This document shows, piece by piece, positions 14,238 through 26,392 of a DNA stretch of 64,000 nucleotides. The stretch's first letter is position 1. Each line of letters opens with the position of its first letter. Both the position numbers and the translations under genes were made by a program. A model generated the notes under the pieces. The model ran no database searches, was not told where the DNA came from, and worked only from the letters and a program-made list of their open reading frames with translations. Source of the DNA: Octopus vulgaris (lineage: Eukaryota); the NCBI GenBank assembly GCA_951406725.2, contig OX597832.1:48980001-49044000 (forward strand), read 5' to 3'.

Positions 14238-14520
14238 TTCTGCAATACCTGTGGAACGACCAATGCCTTTTTTGTGAACTTGGTAGTATGGAAGACCATT
14301 CTGTAAATGCGTGTGTGTGTACTTTTGTGTCTGTGTCTATTCTACTTGTTGAGAACATGTGTTGTTAAGTTACAACCTCCTTACTTAGCGGTTCGGTAAA
14401 AGAGACTGATAGAATAAATAGTAGACTTTGCAAAACAAGTACTTAGGTTAATTTCTCCGAATACAATCTCCACGGTAGCACCCCAGGACAGACTGAGTCT
14501 AAGGACTGAAAGCCCAACAG
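14030..14520 (+). mobile_element. Diverged SINE family B with internal ~78-bp duplication around (TG)n
   Basis: GTGTCTTCT(A/G)CAATACCTGTGGAACGACCAATGCC..CCATTCTGTAAATG occurs at ~14089 and ~14233. Confidence 0.7.
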
Positions 14521-14769
14521 ATCTGTGTACATCAGGTTACGAATTGCCACGAACTCTAGAAGACTGATTGATTAAATAATCAAACTCTCGAGTATTTAAT
14601 TGAATAATTAGTTAACCAATTGACAAATGAAAATAAAGGCATTTGTCGGCCTAGGGCTATAGAATAAGACATTGGCACAAGTTGCCACGGAGTGGAACTG
14701 AACTCAAAACCACATGGCTACAAAGTGAGCATCTTAGCCACATAACTAGAAACATTATTTGTATTGTGT

Positions 14770-15147
14770 GAAGGCGCATTGGCTCAGTGGTTAGGGCAGC
14801 GGACTCGCGGTCGTAGGATCGCGGTTTCGATTCCCAAACCGGGCGGTGTGAGTATTTATTGAGCGAAAACACCTAAAACTCCACGAGGCTCCGGCAGTAG
14901 GGAGCGAACCCTGCTGTACTCTTTCACCACAACTTTCCCACACTCTTTCTTCCTGTTTCTGTTGTACCTGTATTTCAAAGGGCCAGCCTTGTCACACTCT
15001 GTGTCACGCTGAATCTCTCCGAGAACTGCGTTAAAGGTACACGTGTCTCTGGAGTGCTCAACCACTTGCACGTTAATTTCACGAGCAGGCTGTTCCGTTG
15101 ATCGGCATCAACTAGAACCCTCGTCGTCGTAACCGACGGAGTGCCAC
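14770..15147 (+). mobile_element. tRNA-derived SINE, body C plus tail 1
   Basis: A-box TGGCTCAGTGG and B-box GTTTCGATTCC. Body GAGCGAAAACACCTAAA..CTCTTTCACCACAACTTTC. Tail TTCAAAGGGCCAGCCTTGTCAC..CGTCGTAACCGACGGAG. Confidence 0.85.
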
Positions 15148-15169
15148 TTCGATCTGTATAGTTCTGGGT

Positions 15170-15590
15170 TTTGAAGTTTAGTAAGGGAGTATTTTTAGAA
15201 CTTAATTTAATCTCTTGATTTCTTTCCGTGTGTCCATTACGACGTTAATATCGCCCACATATCTGGTAGATATTGAGAGATCATATGTTCTTACCAACTT
15301 CTCGATTGTGACCACGGAGAAAGCTGCGAATTTTTGCCATATGGGAAAGCCTATAACTACTTCATCTTTATTCATATAAAATTTGCCTTGAGGACAGAGA
15401 AAACACGTTTCTTCTACGTGACATTAATAATTTCTTCCGTATATTAGCTTCGCTTGTATCATAGTGAATTTTATTCCTTTAGGTATTTTTTTATCGCTCC
15501 TATTTTTTCTTCGATTAGAACCCAAAATAATCAATCATTACACGTGTAAGAATGAGAAGCTGCTTTCTTCATCAATCTCATCTAAAATTC
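15170..15590 (-). pseudogene. Decayed Penelope-like reverse transcriptase fragment
   Basis: CFLCPQGKFYMNKDEVVIGFPIWQKFAAFSVVTIEKLV..RYVGDINV matches the PLE RT pattern F..G.FY.Q..G..MGSP....A.....E..RYVDD. Several stops. Confidence 0.6.
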
Positions 15591-15874
15591 CTGAATATTT
15601 CATACAATGTTTAACAATGTTATTTTACTGTTTAGCGCTCATTTATATTGACGTATTTATTTGAGAAAATATAGGTCAGATAGGGGTTATCTTCCTTTAT
15701 TTTTAATGAACCATAATTAACAACCCATGTGAATTCTCGTTCAGTGCGAGGGAAACGGAAGAAACCAATTTGTGCATTATTACTGTAATTAGTTTATTTA
15801 ATTTAATTCTTAATTGGGGGGTATTATCTTTCTAAATCCTGCTAATTTTGATTTAGTCGTTCAGCAAACTTATT

Positions 15875-16288
15875 GGATCTTTTCGGTTTGAACGGCAGTT
15901 TTTTCTAGCGGTGTCATATGGAATTGTCACCCATAATTATGACCATAGTATCGATCTATTGCATTTCAATCTGTTTTAGGGTTAGGGGTGGGGGAAGGGT
16001 ATCTTTTTTTCTTCACAAATGTAAATAAACCCAATCTGTTTCTTAAACGAGGGACATATTCATACAGCACAGAATCCTTTTTAACTCAATAGACGTCACT
16101 GATTGGCTGAAATTGCAGAAATTGAAGAAGAAAAAAAACAACAAATATCTTACAAACTATAGAATTTTCTCAATAAAGTCAAGAGAAAAAGATGTTTTAT
16201 AAACACATTCTACCAGTATACGAAGTTTAAAATTTTTTAGTTACCTAGAAATTATGTTACAAACTGCCGTTCAAACCGAAAAGATACC
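15875..16288. mobile_element. MITE with ~29-bp GG-terminal TIRs (Merlin-like), copy 1
   Basis: TIRs GGATCTTTTCGGTTTGAACGGCAGTTT / AAACTGCCGTTCAAACCGAAAAGATA; internal TTAGGG units. Confidence 0.8.
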
Positions 16289-16524
16289 TCATTTATATTG
16301 ACGTATTTATTTGAGAAAATATAGGTCAGATAGGGGTTATCTTCCTTTATTTTTAATGTACCATAATTAACAACCCATGTGAATTCTCGTTCAGTGCGAG
16401 GGAAACGGAAGAAACTAATTTGTGCATTATTACTGTAATTAGTTTATTCAATTTAATTCCTAATTGGGGAGTATTATCTTTCTAAATCCTGCTAATTTTG
16501 ATTTAGTCGTTCAGCAAACTTATT

Positions 16525-17022
16525 GGATCTTTTCGGTTTGAACGGCAGTTTTTTCTAGCGGTGTCATATGAAATTGTCACCCATAATTATGACCCTAGTA
16601 TCGATCTATTGCATTTCAATCTGTTTTAGGGTTAGGGTGAGGGTTAGTGTTAGGGTTAGGGGTGGGGGGAAGGGTATCTTTTTTTTCCTCAGAAATGTAA
16701 ATAAACCCAATCTGTTTCTTAAACGAGGGACATATTCATACGGCACAGAATGCTTTTTAACTCAATAGACGTCACTGATTCGTTGAAATTGTAGAAATTA
16801 GGCCGGAACAAAATAAAATTAAAGGTGGGTACCAGGTAAAATAACAGTACAATACCAATAATAATGGAGACACAGAAACAACAAATATCTTACAAACTAT
16901 AGAATTTTCTCAATAAAGCCAAGAGAAAAAGATGTTTTATAAACCACATTCTACCAGTATACGAAGTTAAACATTTTTTAGTTACCTAGAAATTATGTTA
17001 AAAAACTGCCGTTCAAAGATCC
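16525..17022. mobile_element. Merlin-like MITE copy 2 with 8-bp TSD
   Basis: Same TIRs (right one has a small deletion). AACTTATT at 16517-16524 and 17023-17030. GG termini with an 8-bp TSD fit Merlin. Confidence 0.8.
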
Positions 17023-17334
17023 AACTTATTAACTTTTGCAATGCATTTGCCCATATCCATAATTAGGAATTTATTACTGGTGTCTTTCTCACATATCATG
17101 GATATTGTCATTATTTTATAAATTACGTAGAGCTTGCTGAGTTTAGTGTTTAGTATGTTATTATATATTTGTGGAAGCATACATTTTGAGAGCTTTAGGT
17201 TTGAATTAGATACTGTATTATATACGTCATTAGATTCCTTTATTATTTTTGTTTTGTATTTCGGTGACGTGTGGAATCAACCGACGGACCGACTCAAGGA
17301 AACCACGCGCGCATGCTTGTATGAATGTCTTTAG

Positions 17335-17567
17335 TTTTTATCGTTCACTTGTTTCAGTCACTAGACTGTGGCCATGCTGGAGCATCGCTTTGAAGAATTT
17401 TTAGTCGAATGAATCGACCACAGAACTTTTTTTTTTCTTAAGCTGGTATTTACTACGTCGCTTATGTAACCGAACAGGGACGTAAACACCAACACCGGAT
17501 GTCAAGCGGTGGCGGGGACAAGCACAAACACAAAGGCGCGCGCACACACACACACACACACATACAA

Positions 17568-17600
<33 letters not shown>

Positions 17601-17790
17601 CGCACACACATACATATTTTATACAAGAAGTTCCTTTCAGTTTCCGTCAAACAAATTCACTCATAAGGTTTTGGTCGCCTCGAAGTTACAGTAGAAGACA
17701 GTTTCTCAAGATGCCGCGCACTAGGAATGAAACCGGAGCTATATGGTCGGGAAAAAAAAAAACAAGCTTCTTACCACACAGCTACGTATT
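17335..17790 (-). mobile_element. SINE family B copy
   Basis: Tail, internal (CA)n and head match the other family B copies. Confidence 0.8.
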
Positions 17791-18262
17791 TTTACTTTGT
17801 TACTCTTTTACTTGTTTTAGTCAGGTGACTGTGGCCATACTGGAGCACTAGAGACCAATATATCGACATCATATGACCAGCCCAGTTACTTGGCATTTTA
17901 ACATTAGGCGTTATATACGATGACTATTGTACGATCAACATACAATTACTATTGTACACTTTTCGATGAAATCCGATACTTAATTCTTTCTAATCTAACG
18001 TATATATCATGTTAGATTTTAAACTGGAAACAAACGTAGCACTTGTCAGTTCTGCAACGCTCCTACTATTACATGCGATGGTGAGTTATTTCTACTCTTT
18101 GGTACTTAGTTACTGTTATGTTGCCTGATATACTTGTGAATTATATGACCTGGCACCGAACAAGATAAGAACTATTATCATATAATCCGGAACGATCTTT
18201 CTTGTTTCACTCTCCTGACCTTTCAAAATTAAAATGTAATTACTTTATTATTATTATTATTA

Positions 18263-18318
<56 letters not shown>

Positions 18319-18551
18319 GCCTTTGCACAGCTCCTAACGCTGGAGATGTACTAAAGTGTCAACTACTCACTACCAGTAAACTAAGGTAACACCTCTTATT
18401 TTTCGAGCTCCTTCCGGAGTATTCGACCGGTTCCAGGTAGTGTTGTTTTCTGCAAGTGCTCCACCCTTATTACAGCCCCTATTTGTTCCACGTACTTCTC
18501 GGGATTTTTGCTCACTGTTTCCAGGGCTCCGACTAATATTGGTACCACTGC
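18319..18551 (-). mobile_element. 3' end of an R4/Dong-clade non-LTR retrotransposon embedded in (TAA)n
   Basis: Reads VVPILVGAL..TVSKNPEKY..EHLQKTTLPGTGRILRK.., then 3' UTR, then (TAA)n. TAA repeats flank both sides. Confidence 0.75.
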
Positions 18552-18581
18552 TACCATTATTATTATTATTATTATTATTAT

Positions 18582-19140
18582 TGAGTGAGAGAGCAGTGTA
18601 TGCCATCAAAGTGACACTGGGGTAAAATATACGAAGCCCAGTATACCCATCATGACTACCCGTCTGATAAGGGTATACCAGGCACATGCATCATAACTAT
18701 GTGTGCGTGACACGGTGATCTCATATCAAGATAAACAGCGTGTGACCTTGCAGGTGGGGCCCAGTTAGAATTTTCTTCGGGTCGAGTAGCCCATCCTGCT
18801 CAAAAGGTACCTGAATAAGGATTGTTTGAGGATGTTGAACGAAGCACCCATGTTTCCAAAGGTGAATCATGCAAATCCCCAAAGAATCCCTCTCAACACA
18901 TGGCTATGATGCTCCCCCACTACTTCTGCTCGGGATCAGAGATGCACGTATCATCAGCTACTAAGGGACATGCTCAACTGATTAAGGTCAAACTACTAAT
19001 AAGCAAATCTGTGGTATTGAGCAGAATATTTGCTGTAGCCCATCTTTTATACCAACACAAAACAACGTACATGATAACCATTCCAATCAGTTAAGATGAG
19101 AAATCATGAGAGCCACTGCCTCGTACTGCATCAGAGCATT
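18582..19140. mobile_element. Unclassified non-coding insertion bounded by (TTA)n
   Basis: Balanced-GC 560-bp block flanked on both sides by TTA repeats. It is single-copy in the window, so repeat status is unproven. Confidence 0.3.
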
Positions 19141-19164
19141 TATTATTATTATTAGTGGTTTGTT

Positions 19165-19386
19165 GTTGTTTGTTTGTTCCTTCTCTGCAAAATGCAGAAG
19201 GAAAGAGTGAAAGAAAGTTGTGGCGAAAGAGTTAGCAGAAGTTTTGCCATTACCTTCTGCCGGAGCCGCGTGGAGCTTAGGTGTTTCGCTCATAAACACA
19301 CACACACATTGCCCGGTCTGAGATTCGAAACCACAATCCTTCGACCACGAGTCCACTGCTCTAACCACTGGGCCATGTGCCTCCAT
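19165..19386 (-). mobile_element. tRNA-derived SINE, body C plus short tail 4
   Basis: Head TGGAGGCACATGGCCCAGTGGTTAGAGCAGTGGACTCGTGGTCGAAGG..GTTTCGAATC, then body C, then a short (CAAA/CAA)n tail. Confidence 0.8.
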
Positions 19387-19474
19387 TATTATTGGTATTG
19401 TACTGTTATTTTACCTGGTACCCACCTTTAATTTTTTTTGTTCCTGCCTAATTTTCATTGATGTTATTTCTTAT

Positions 19475-19740
19475 GTCGAGGTCGTTGTTGTTGCTGTTGT
19501 TGTTATTGTAGTTGTTGTTGTTATTGTAGTTGTTGTTGTTGCTGTTGTTGTTGTTGTTGTTGTTGTTGCTGTTGCTGTTGTTACTGCAGTACTCTTTATT
19601 TCATCTGTTGTTTCTACTACTGCTGTCGCTGCTACATTTCTTGTTATTTTCCTAGTTCCTGCCATAGTCGTTTCACCTGTTTCCACAATTCATAAACTGC
19701 ATTATCACAAAAAAATTAAACCAAAAAAAAAACAGAATTA

Positions 19741-19823
<83 letters not shown>

Positions 19824-20002
19824 TGATGATGGTGATGGTGATAGTAATAATAATAATAATAATGATGATAATAATAATAATGGTAATAATAATAATAATG
19901 ATAATAATAACAATAATAACAATAATGACAATAATAATGATAATAATAATAATAATAATAACAATAATATTAATAATAATAATAATAATGATGATGTTGA
20001 TG

Positions 20003-20033
<31 letters not shown>

Positions 20034-20077
20034 TAATAATAATAGTAATAATAGTAATAATAATAACAATAATAACA

Positions 20078-20108
<31 letters not shown>

Positions 20109-20187
20109 CAATAATAACAATAATGACAATAATAATAATAGTAATAGTAATAATAGTAATAATAATAACAATAATAACAATAATGAC

Positions 20188-20219
<32 letters not shown>

Positions 20220-20253
20220 TAATAACAATAATAACAATAATGACAATAATGAC

Positions 20254-20321
<68 letters not shown>

Positions 20322-20355
20322 TAATAACAATAATAGCAATAATGACAATAATGAC

Positions 20356-20407
<52 letters not shown>

Positions 20408-20551
20408 GTAATAATAATTATACAGCAAGTCATTTCCCTTCTATAATTTCATTTAATTAATAATGCGTAAGGAAGGCTGCCATTGCTTGCGTTGTTTTTG
20501 TTGATTTTATTTTTGTTGTTGACATTCTTATAGACATTGTTGTGGTCGTTG

Positions 20552-20593
<42 letters not shown>

Positions 20594-20962
20594 TTGTTGT
20601 TGTCGTTGTTGTTCTTCTTGTTTTGCACTTTAATCATTTCAGGAAATTTCATTGGTTCGTTGCTTGTTCAGTTTTAATTTGTTTGCAACTGTTACTGGAT
20701 GTTGTTCTTGTTGTTATTGTTGTTGTTTTAGCGATTTTATAGTCATCGTCGTCGCCGCCGTCGTCGTCGTCGTGTTGTTGTTGCTATTGTCGCAGTTGGT
20801 AATGTTCTCGATTATTGTTGTTCTATGCTAATAAAATTAGCCATTTTAGTCGGTTAGCCATTCTGTTGGTTTAATTTGTTGCATTTCTTTGGTCTTTCAT
20901 TTTGTGTTACTGCTTGTGTGTGTTACTGGCGTTGCTGCTGGTGTCGTTGGGAGTGGTTGTTA

Positions 20963-21029
<67 letters not shown>

Positions 21030-21340
21030 GGTGGTGGTGGTGGTGGTTGTGGTGGTGGTGGTGGTGGTGTTGGTGGTGGTTGTGGTGGTAGTAGTGGTGG
21101 TAGCGGTAGTAGTAGTGGTGGTGGTGGTGGTGGTGGTGGTGGTGTTGGTGGTGGTTGTGGTGGTAGTAGTGGTGGTGGTAGTAGTAGTAGTGGTGGTGGT
21201 GGTGGTGGTGGTAGTAGTGGTAGTAGTGGTAGTAACAGTAGTAGTAGTAGTAGTAGTAGTAGCAGTGGTGCGGTGGTGATGATGGTGATGGTGGTGGTGG
21301 TGGAATTGGTAGTGGTGGTAGTGGTGAGTAGGCAGTAATG

Positions 21341-21380
<40 letters not shown>

Positions 21381-21680
21381 CAGCAGCAGCATTGCTGTGG
21401 TGATTTTCGTGACCATGGTGGTCGAGGTAGTAATAGAATTAAACGTAGTGTTGGTGGTGGTGGTGCTGGTGGTTGCAGTAGTGGTTCTGCTCGTAGTAGT
21501 GATGATCTTAATGGTATCGGTGAGGGTGGGCATGGTGGTGAAATCGCCACCTTTGTTGTCGTTGACGTCTTCCAATTAGCGGTGACGTTGATGAAGCCAA
21601 AGGCGTTACGAGGAGTGGTACAGGTGAAACGAACAGTGGTGCTAGTTGCACTTTTAGCGTTATTAATAGTCCTAGTAGTG

Positions 21681-21743
<63 letters not shown>

Positions 21744-22410
21744 ATACTAGTAGAATAGGCGATGGTAGTAGTGGTCACGGTAGTAGTATTAGAAGATGGG
21801 GTAGTTGTAGAACTGGTGTTGATAGTGAAGATGGCGAGGGTGCGTGCAGGTGGTGATGGTGGTAGCGGCAGTGTTGCTGGTGGAATGGTGGTGGTGGTGG
21901 TGGTGGTCGTCGTCGTCGTCGATGTCGTGGCGGCGACGGCGGTGGTGGTTTTGGTGGTGGTTGTGGAGATGTTGGCGGTGTTTAGTGTTGGCGGTGGTTG
22001 TAGCGTGGGGGTGGGGGTGGGGAGGTGGGGGTGGGGAGGTGGGGGTGGGGAGGTGGCTGTCGGTGGTGATATTGGTGATGGTATGGTTTTGGTAATGGTA
22101 GTAGTGTTACTGCTGATGATTGTGGTGGTGGTGTTGGTGGTGGTTGTGGTGGCGGTGATGGTTTTAGAAGTTATGTTGTAGTTGTTGCTATTGTTGTTGG
22201 GGGTTGGCACGGGTAATGGGATGGTTCCGGTGATTCGGGGTATTTGTACCGTTGTTGGTGGACGAGTTGATTTCAATGCTGGGGTTTGTATAGGTGGTAT
22301 TGATGCTCTTAGTCTTAATGGTCTTGGCGGTGGTGGTGGTGGTGGTGGTGGTGGTCATCGTCGTCGTCGTGGCGATGGTGTTCGTGGGTGTGCTCGTGGT
22401 GGTGGTGGTG
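19475..22410. repeat. Compound trinucleotide repeat field (GTT, AAT, GCT, GTA, GGT)
   Basis: Directly visible. It is the source of the long homopolymeric ORFs. Confidence 0.95.
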
Positions 22411-22630
22411 GCAGAATCATTAGTACACCGGGCGAAATGGTTAGCGGTATTTCGTCTGTCGCTACGTTCTGAGTTCAAATTCCGCCGAGGTCGACTTTGC
22501 TTTTCATCATTTCGGGGTCGATAAATTAAGTACCAGTTACGCACTGGGGTCGATATAATCGACTTAATACCTATGTCTGTCCTTGTTTGTCCCCTCTATG
22601 TTTAGCTCCTTGTGGGTAGTAAAGAAATAG
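22408..22630 (+). mobile_element. SINE family A (tRNA-like head, Meta-domain-like core)
   Basis: Head TGGCAGAATCATTAG..GAGTTCAAATTCC. Core GCCGAGGTCGACTTTGCTTTTCATCATTTCGGGGTCGATAAATTAAGTACC. Tail CCTTGTGGGTAGTAAAGAAATA. Confidence 0.85.
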
Positions 22631-22958
22631 GTGGTGGTCGTCGTCGTCATGGCAGTGGTGTTCGTGGTTGTGGTCGTGTTGGCGGTGGTGTTGGTGGTGG
22701 TTGTGGAGATGTTGGTGGTGCTGGTGTTGGCGGTGATTGTAGTGGTTGTAGTGGTGGTGGTGTTGACGGCGGTGGCTTTGGCGACGGGGGCCTTGGCGGC
22801 AGTGGCCTTGGCAGTGGTTGCGGTGGTGATGTCATTAATGATAACGTCTGTAGTTGTATTATGTTAATACTATCGACAAAGTTAATATCAACAATGTGCA
22901 GTTCTATATTTAAGAGATGAGGAATTATGTGCATTATTTACATATGCCAACAGATATA

Positions 22959-23057
22959 TGGCGTAGTGGCTAAGAGCGCGGGGCTACTAACCTCAAGATT
23001 CCGAGTTCGATTCCAACAGTGTCCTAAATCGTAATAATAATAATAATAATAATAATG
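22959..23057 (+). mobile_element. tRNA-like head plus (AAT)n of the hammerhead-bearing family (3'-truncated)
   Basis: A-box TGGCGTAGTGG and B-box GAGTTCGATTCC. CTACTAACCTCAAGATTCCGAGTTCGATTCC matches 44055-44084. Confidence 0.7.
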
Positions 23058-23215
23058 AATTTATTTATTAATTTTTAAATACATATTTTATCTGTGAATT
23101 TGCGCGTGTAATCTCGGATGCATACAATGAGCTTTCCTGCCCTAGGTGTATGGAAAACACCCGGCAAGAAACGGAAGAAAATTTGAAGAAAGAAGGAAAA
23201 GAAAAGAAATGAATA

Positions 23216-23289
<74 letters not shown>

Positions 23290-23431
23290 CAACAACAACA
23301 ACGACAACGAAAACCGGTGTTGGGGTGTTTACATCTCCGTAAATTAGTGGTTCAGCAAGAGAGGCTGATAGAATAAGTACCAGGCTTAAGAAAAAGAAAT
23401 AAGCCCTGGGTGTGGATTCTTTCGACTAACT

Positions 23432-23847
<416 letters not shown>

Positions 23848-23855
23848 CAGACACG

Positions 23856-23887
<32 letters not shown>

Positions 23888-24041
23888 CACATAAATGTAT
23901 ACGCACACACACATATATATATGTATATATATATAAATTAAATTAGAGAAAAAGCCACTATTAGGCAAATCAAACAGAGAAAACATAAACCAAAACATAG
24001 AAATAAAATTAATTAATATAATATACATATACACACACGCG

Positions 24042-24095
<54 letters not shown>

Positions 24096-24107
24096 AATGT
24101 ATACGCA

Positions 24108-24200
<93 letters not shown>

Positions 24201-24204
<4 letters not shown>

Positions 24205-25520
24205 AAAAAATGAAGTTCGAAAATGCTGCTGTATTATACAATTTTTAATTTTTATATATACATTATAACATGTTTCAGTTCCTGAAATGAACCTTATCAA
24301 AAAAAGTTATATATAAAAAGAGACAGCTCATGCCGTCAAACACAAGAAATTCATTTATAATACACAACGGAGTCAGACATCTTAGAGTTCATGTATAGTT
24401 GATATATAGTTCATGTATAGTTGATATATAGTTTGAAGTATATTTCAAAGTGTTCGATGCAGTGGCCCACGGTGGCGATACGTATTCAATACAAAAAACA
24501 GATCAAAGTGGTGGAAAGCGGTCAATACAGAAGATTGATGTTTCCGAAAGAGCGAGGAATTCATTTTTACCTTAAGCAATTGTGATGACCCATGGTGGAA
24601 GTTCGCTGGGTGGTTCTAGTGATTTTTTGTGAAATGCTTGGTTTTATAATGCCTGTTAGGTGGTCAATCTAGCGTAGCGTGACGTCATCAATGTTTTGAC
24701 CAATCGTTTCGTTAGTTGGCTTTAATCAAGTGGAACGGGACGTCATCATTATTTTGACCAATCGGTGCATTATAACTCCCTCTTGTTTGTTTCCTGTCTT
24801 GACCAGTCGCTTCGTTAGTCAAGCATAGCGGGATGTCATTCAGATTCTGCCCAATCACGACTTATAGCTACATTAGATCTGTCCCCTGTCTGTACTTGTT
24901 AGGTGACTATTCAAGCAGAAAAGGACGTTATCAATATTGTGACTAATGACTGTCCCCTGTTTGTATCCTGTCTATTCTAGCAGAGCTAGACGTCATCAAC
25001 TTGTTGACCAATCAGAATCGGGTCTGACCCTTAGCTGTATCGTATGTATCAGGGTCAGATTTGCACGAAAGAATTTTTTTCCCTTTTTTTTACTAAGGCA
25101 TATTTCCGTCAGAGTGAGTGTCTGTTTGAAGTAGCGGCCGTGGTGAGATTTGGTTCTCCTTTTCGGAGGACTTATCTTTTGTTTTAGTATTCCTGGCCCA
25201 GGGTGTTTAAACTTGGTCTAAATTTTTTTATGAAATATAGTTCTTTATTTTGGCGTTGTGTGAAGGTTGCGTTGTCACTGAATCTATAGAGCGGGTTAGT
25301 TGTAAATTTCGGATTTACATTTCCAGCACATCTATCTATGTGTCCGCTGACCGGTATTTTGCGGTAATCAGGGTTTCTAATTTGTGATTTATGCACCGCC
25401 ATCCTGTTACGTAAGCTATTTTTTGTATGGCCTATATACTGCCTATTGCAGCCTGCGCATGTTATGACGTAAATTAAGTTTTCTGATGCGCAGGTGAAGT
25501 TTGTTCTAATGGTGAACTGG
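24201..25520 (-). mobile_element. Penelope-like element 3' part: GIY-YIG endonuclease plus downstream non-coding region
   Basis: Open frame 25519-25184 reads FTCASENLIYVITCAGCNRQYIGHTKNSLRNRMAVH..HIDRC..KELYFIKKFRPSLN. A degenerate hammerhead TTGATAAGGTTC..GAACTGAAACATGTT lies at ~24267-24300. The distal boundary is approximate. Confidence 0.85.
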
Positions 25521-25556
<36 letters not shown>

Positions 25557-26074
25557 GTATGTTCGTATGTGTATGTATGTATGTACGTACGTACGTGTGT
25601 ATGTATGTATGTATGTATGTATGTATGTATGTATGTATGTATGTATATGGAGACAGATCAAGAAAAAGAAGAAGACAAGGAAAGTCGTTAGACGTGGATA
25701 AGGCAGTGAACGGGGAGAGATGCAGAAATATGTCGGAGGAGAGAATGAAAGAGAGAGAGACAAAACGAAGCAGACCTACGTTTAAACACAGATCTCTGTA
25801 TCAGCGCCTCTGTGAACGTAACTATCAGAATATGTGGATGAAGAAGATTTGTTTCATATTCCCCTGCATGGATTTCAGATTAAGTGAGAAGCAGATGCAT
25901 TATTTAATTTTCCTTGAAAATTATTTCATTTCAGGTAAAGCAACACGATTCTGGAGAATGCTGTCACATAATCGTTCCTACATATTTACCTCATATACAC
26001 ACATTTGATTGTTTGCATAAATTATATACATATGTATGTATGTATGGTTATATATACATATGTATATATATATG

Positions 26075-26181
<107 letters not shown>

Positions 26182-26326
26182 TAGATAGATATACATGCAC
26201 ATATATCTACACATACATATATATATATATATATATACATATATATAAATATATCTATAGATATAGATATATACATTTATATATATATACATACACACAT
26301 ATATCTACACGTATATGTACATATAC

Positions 26327-26392
<66 letters not shown>

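Larger units (their letters stand above)
15638..17022 (+). repeat. Tandem duplication of ~650-bp unit (flank plus MITE)
   Basis: CTCATTTATATTGACGTATTTATTTGAGAAAATATAGG starts at both 15638 and 16288, and the two units are near-identical. Confidence 0.9.

Noticed and set aside
14770-14845. tRNA genes at SINE heads (also 19386, 22959, 32063, 57246, 63649)
   Set aside because: A and B boxes are present, but there is no complete acceptor stem or T-run terminator, and each continues into a SINE body.
16626-16669. True telomere or chromosome-fusion relic
   Set aside because: The tract is short and sits at a fixed position inside a MITE.
19716-22276. Long ORFs (200-438 aa; poly-L/I/T/V/G/P)
   Set aside because: These are stop-free frames of trinucleotide repeats on both strands, with no domain content.
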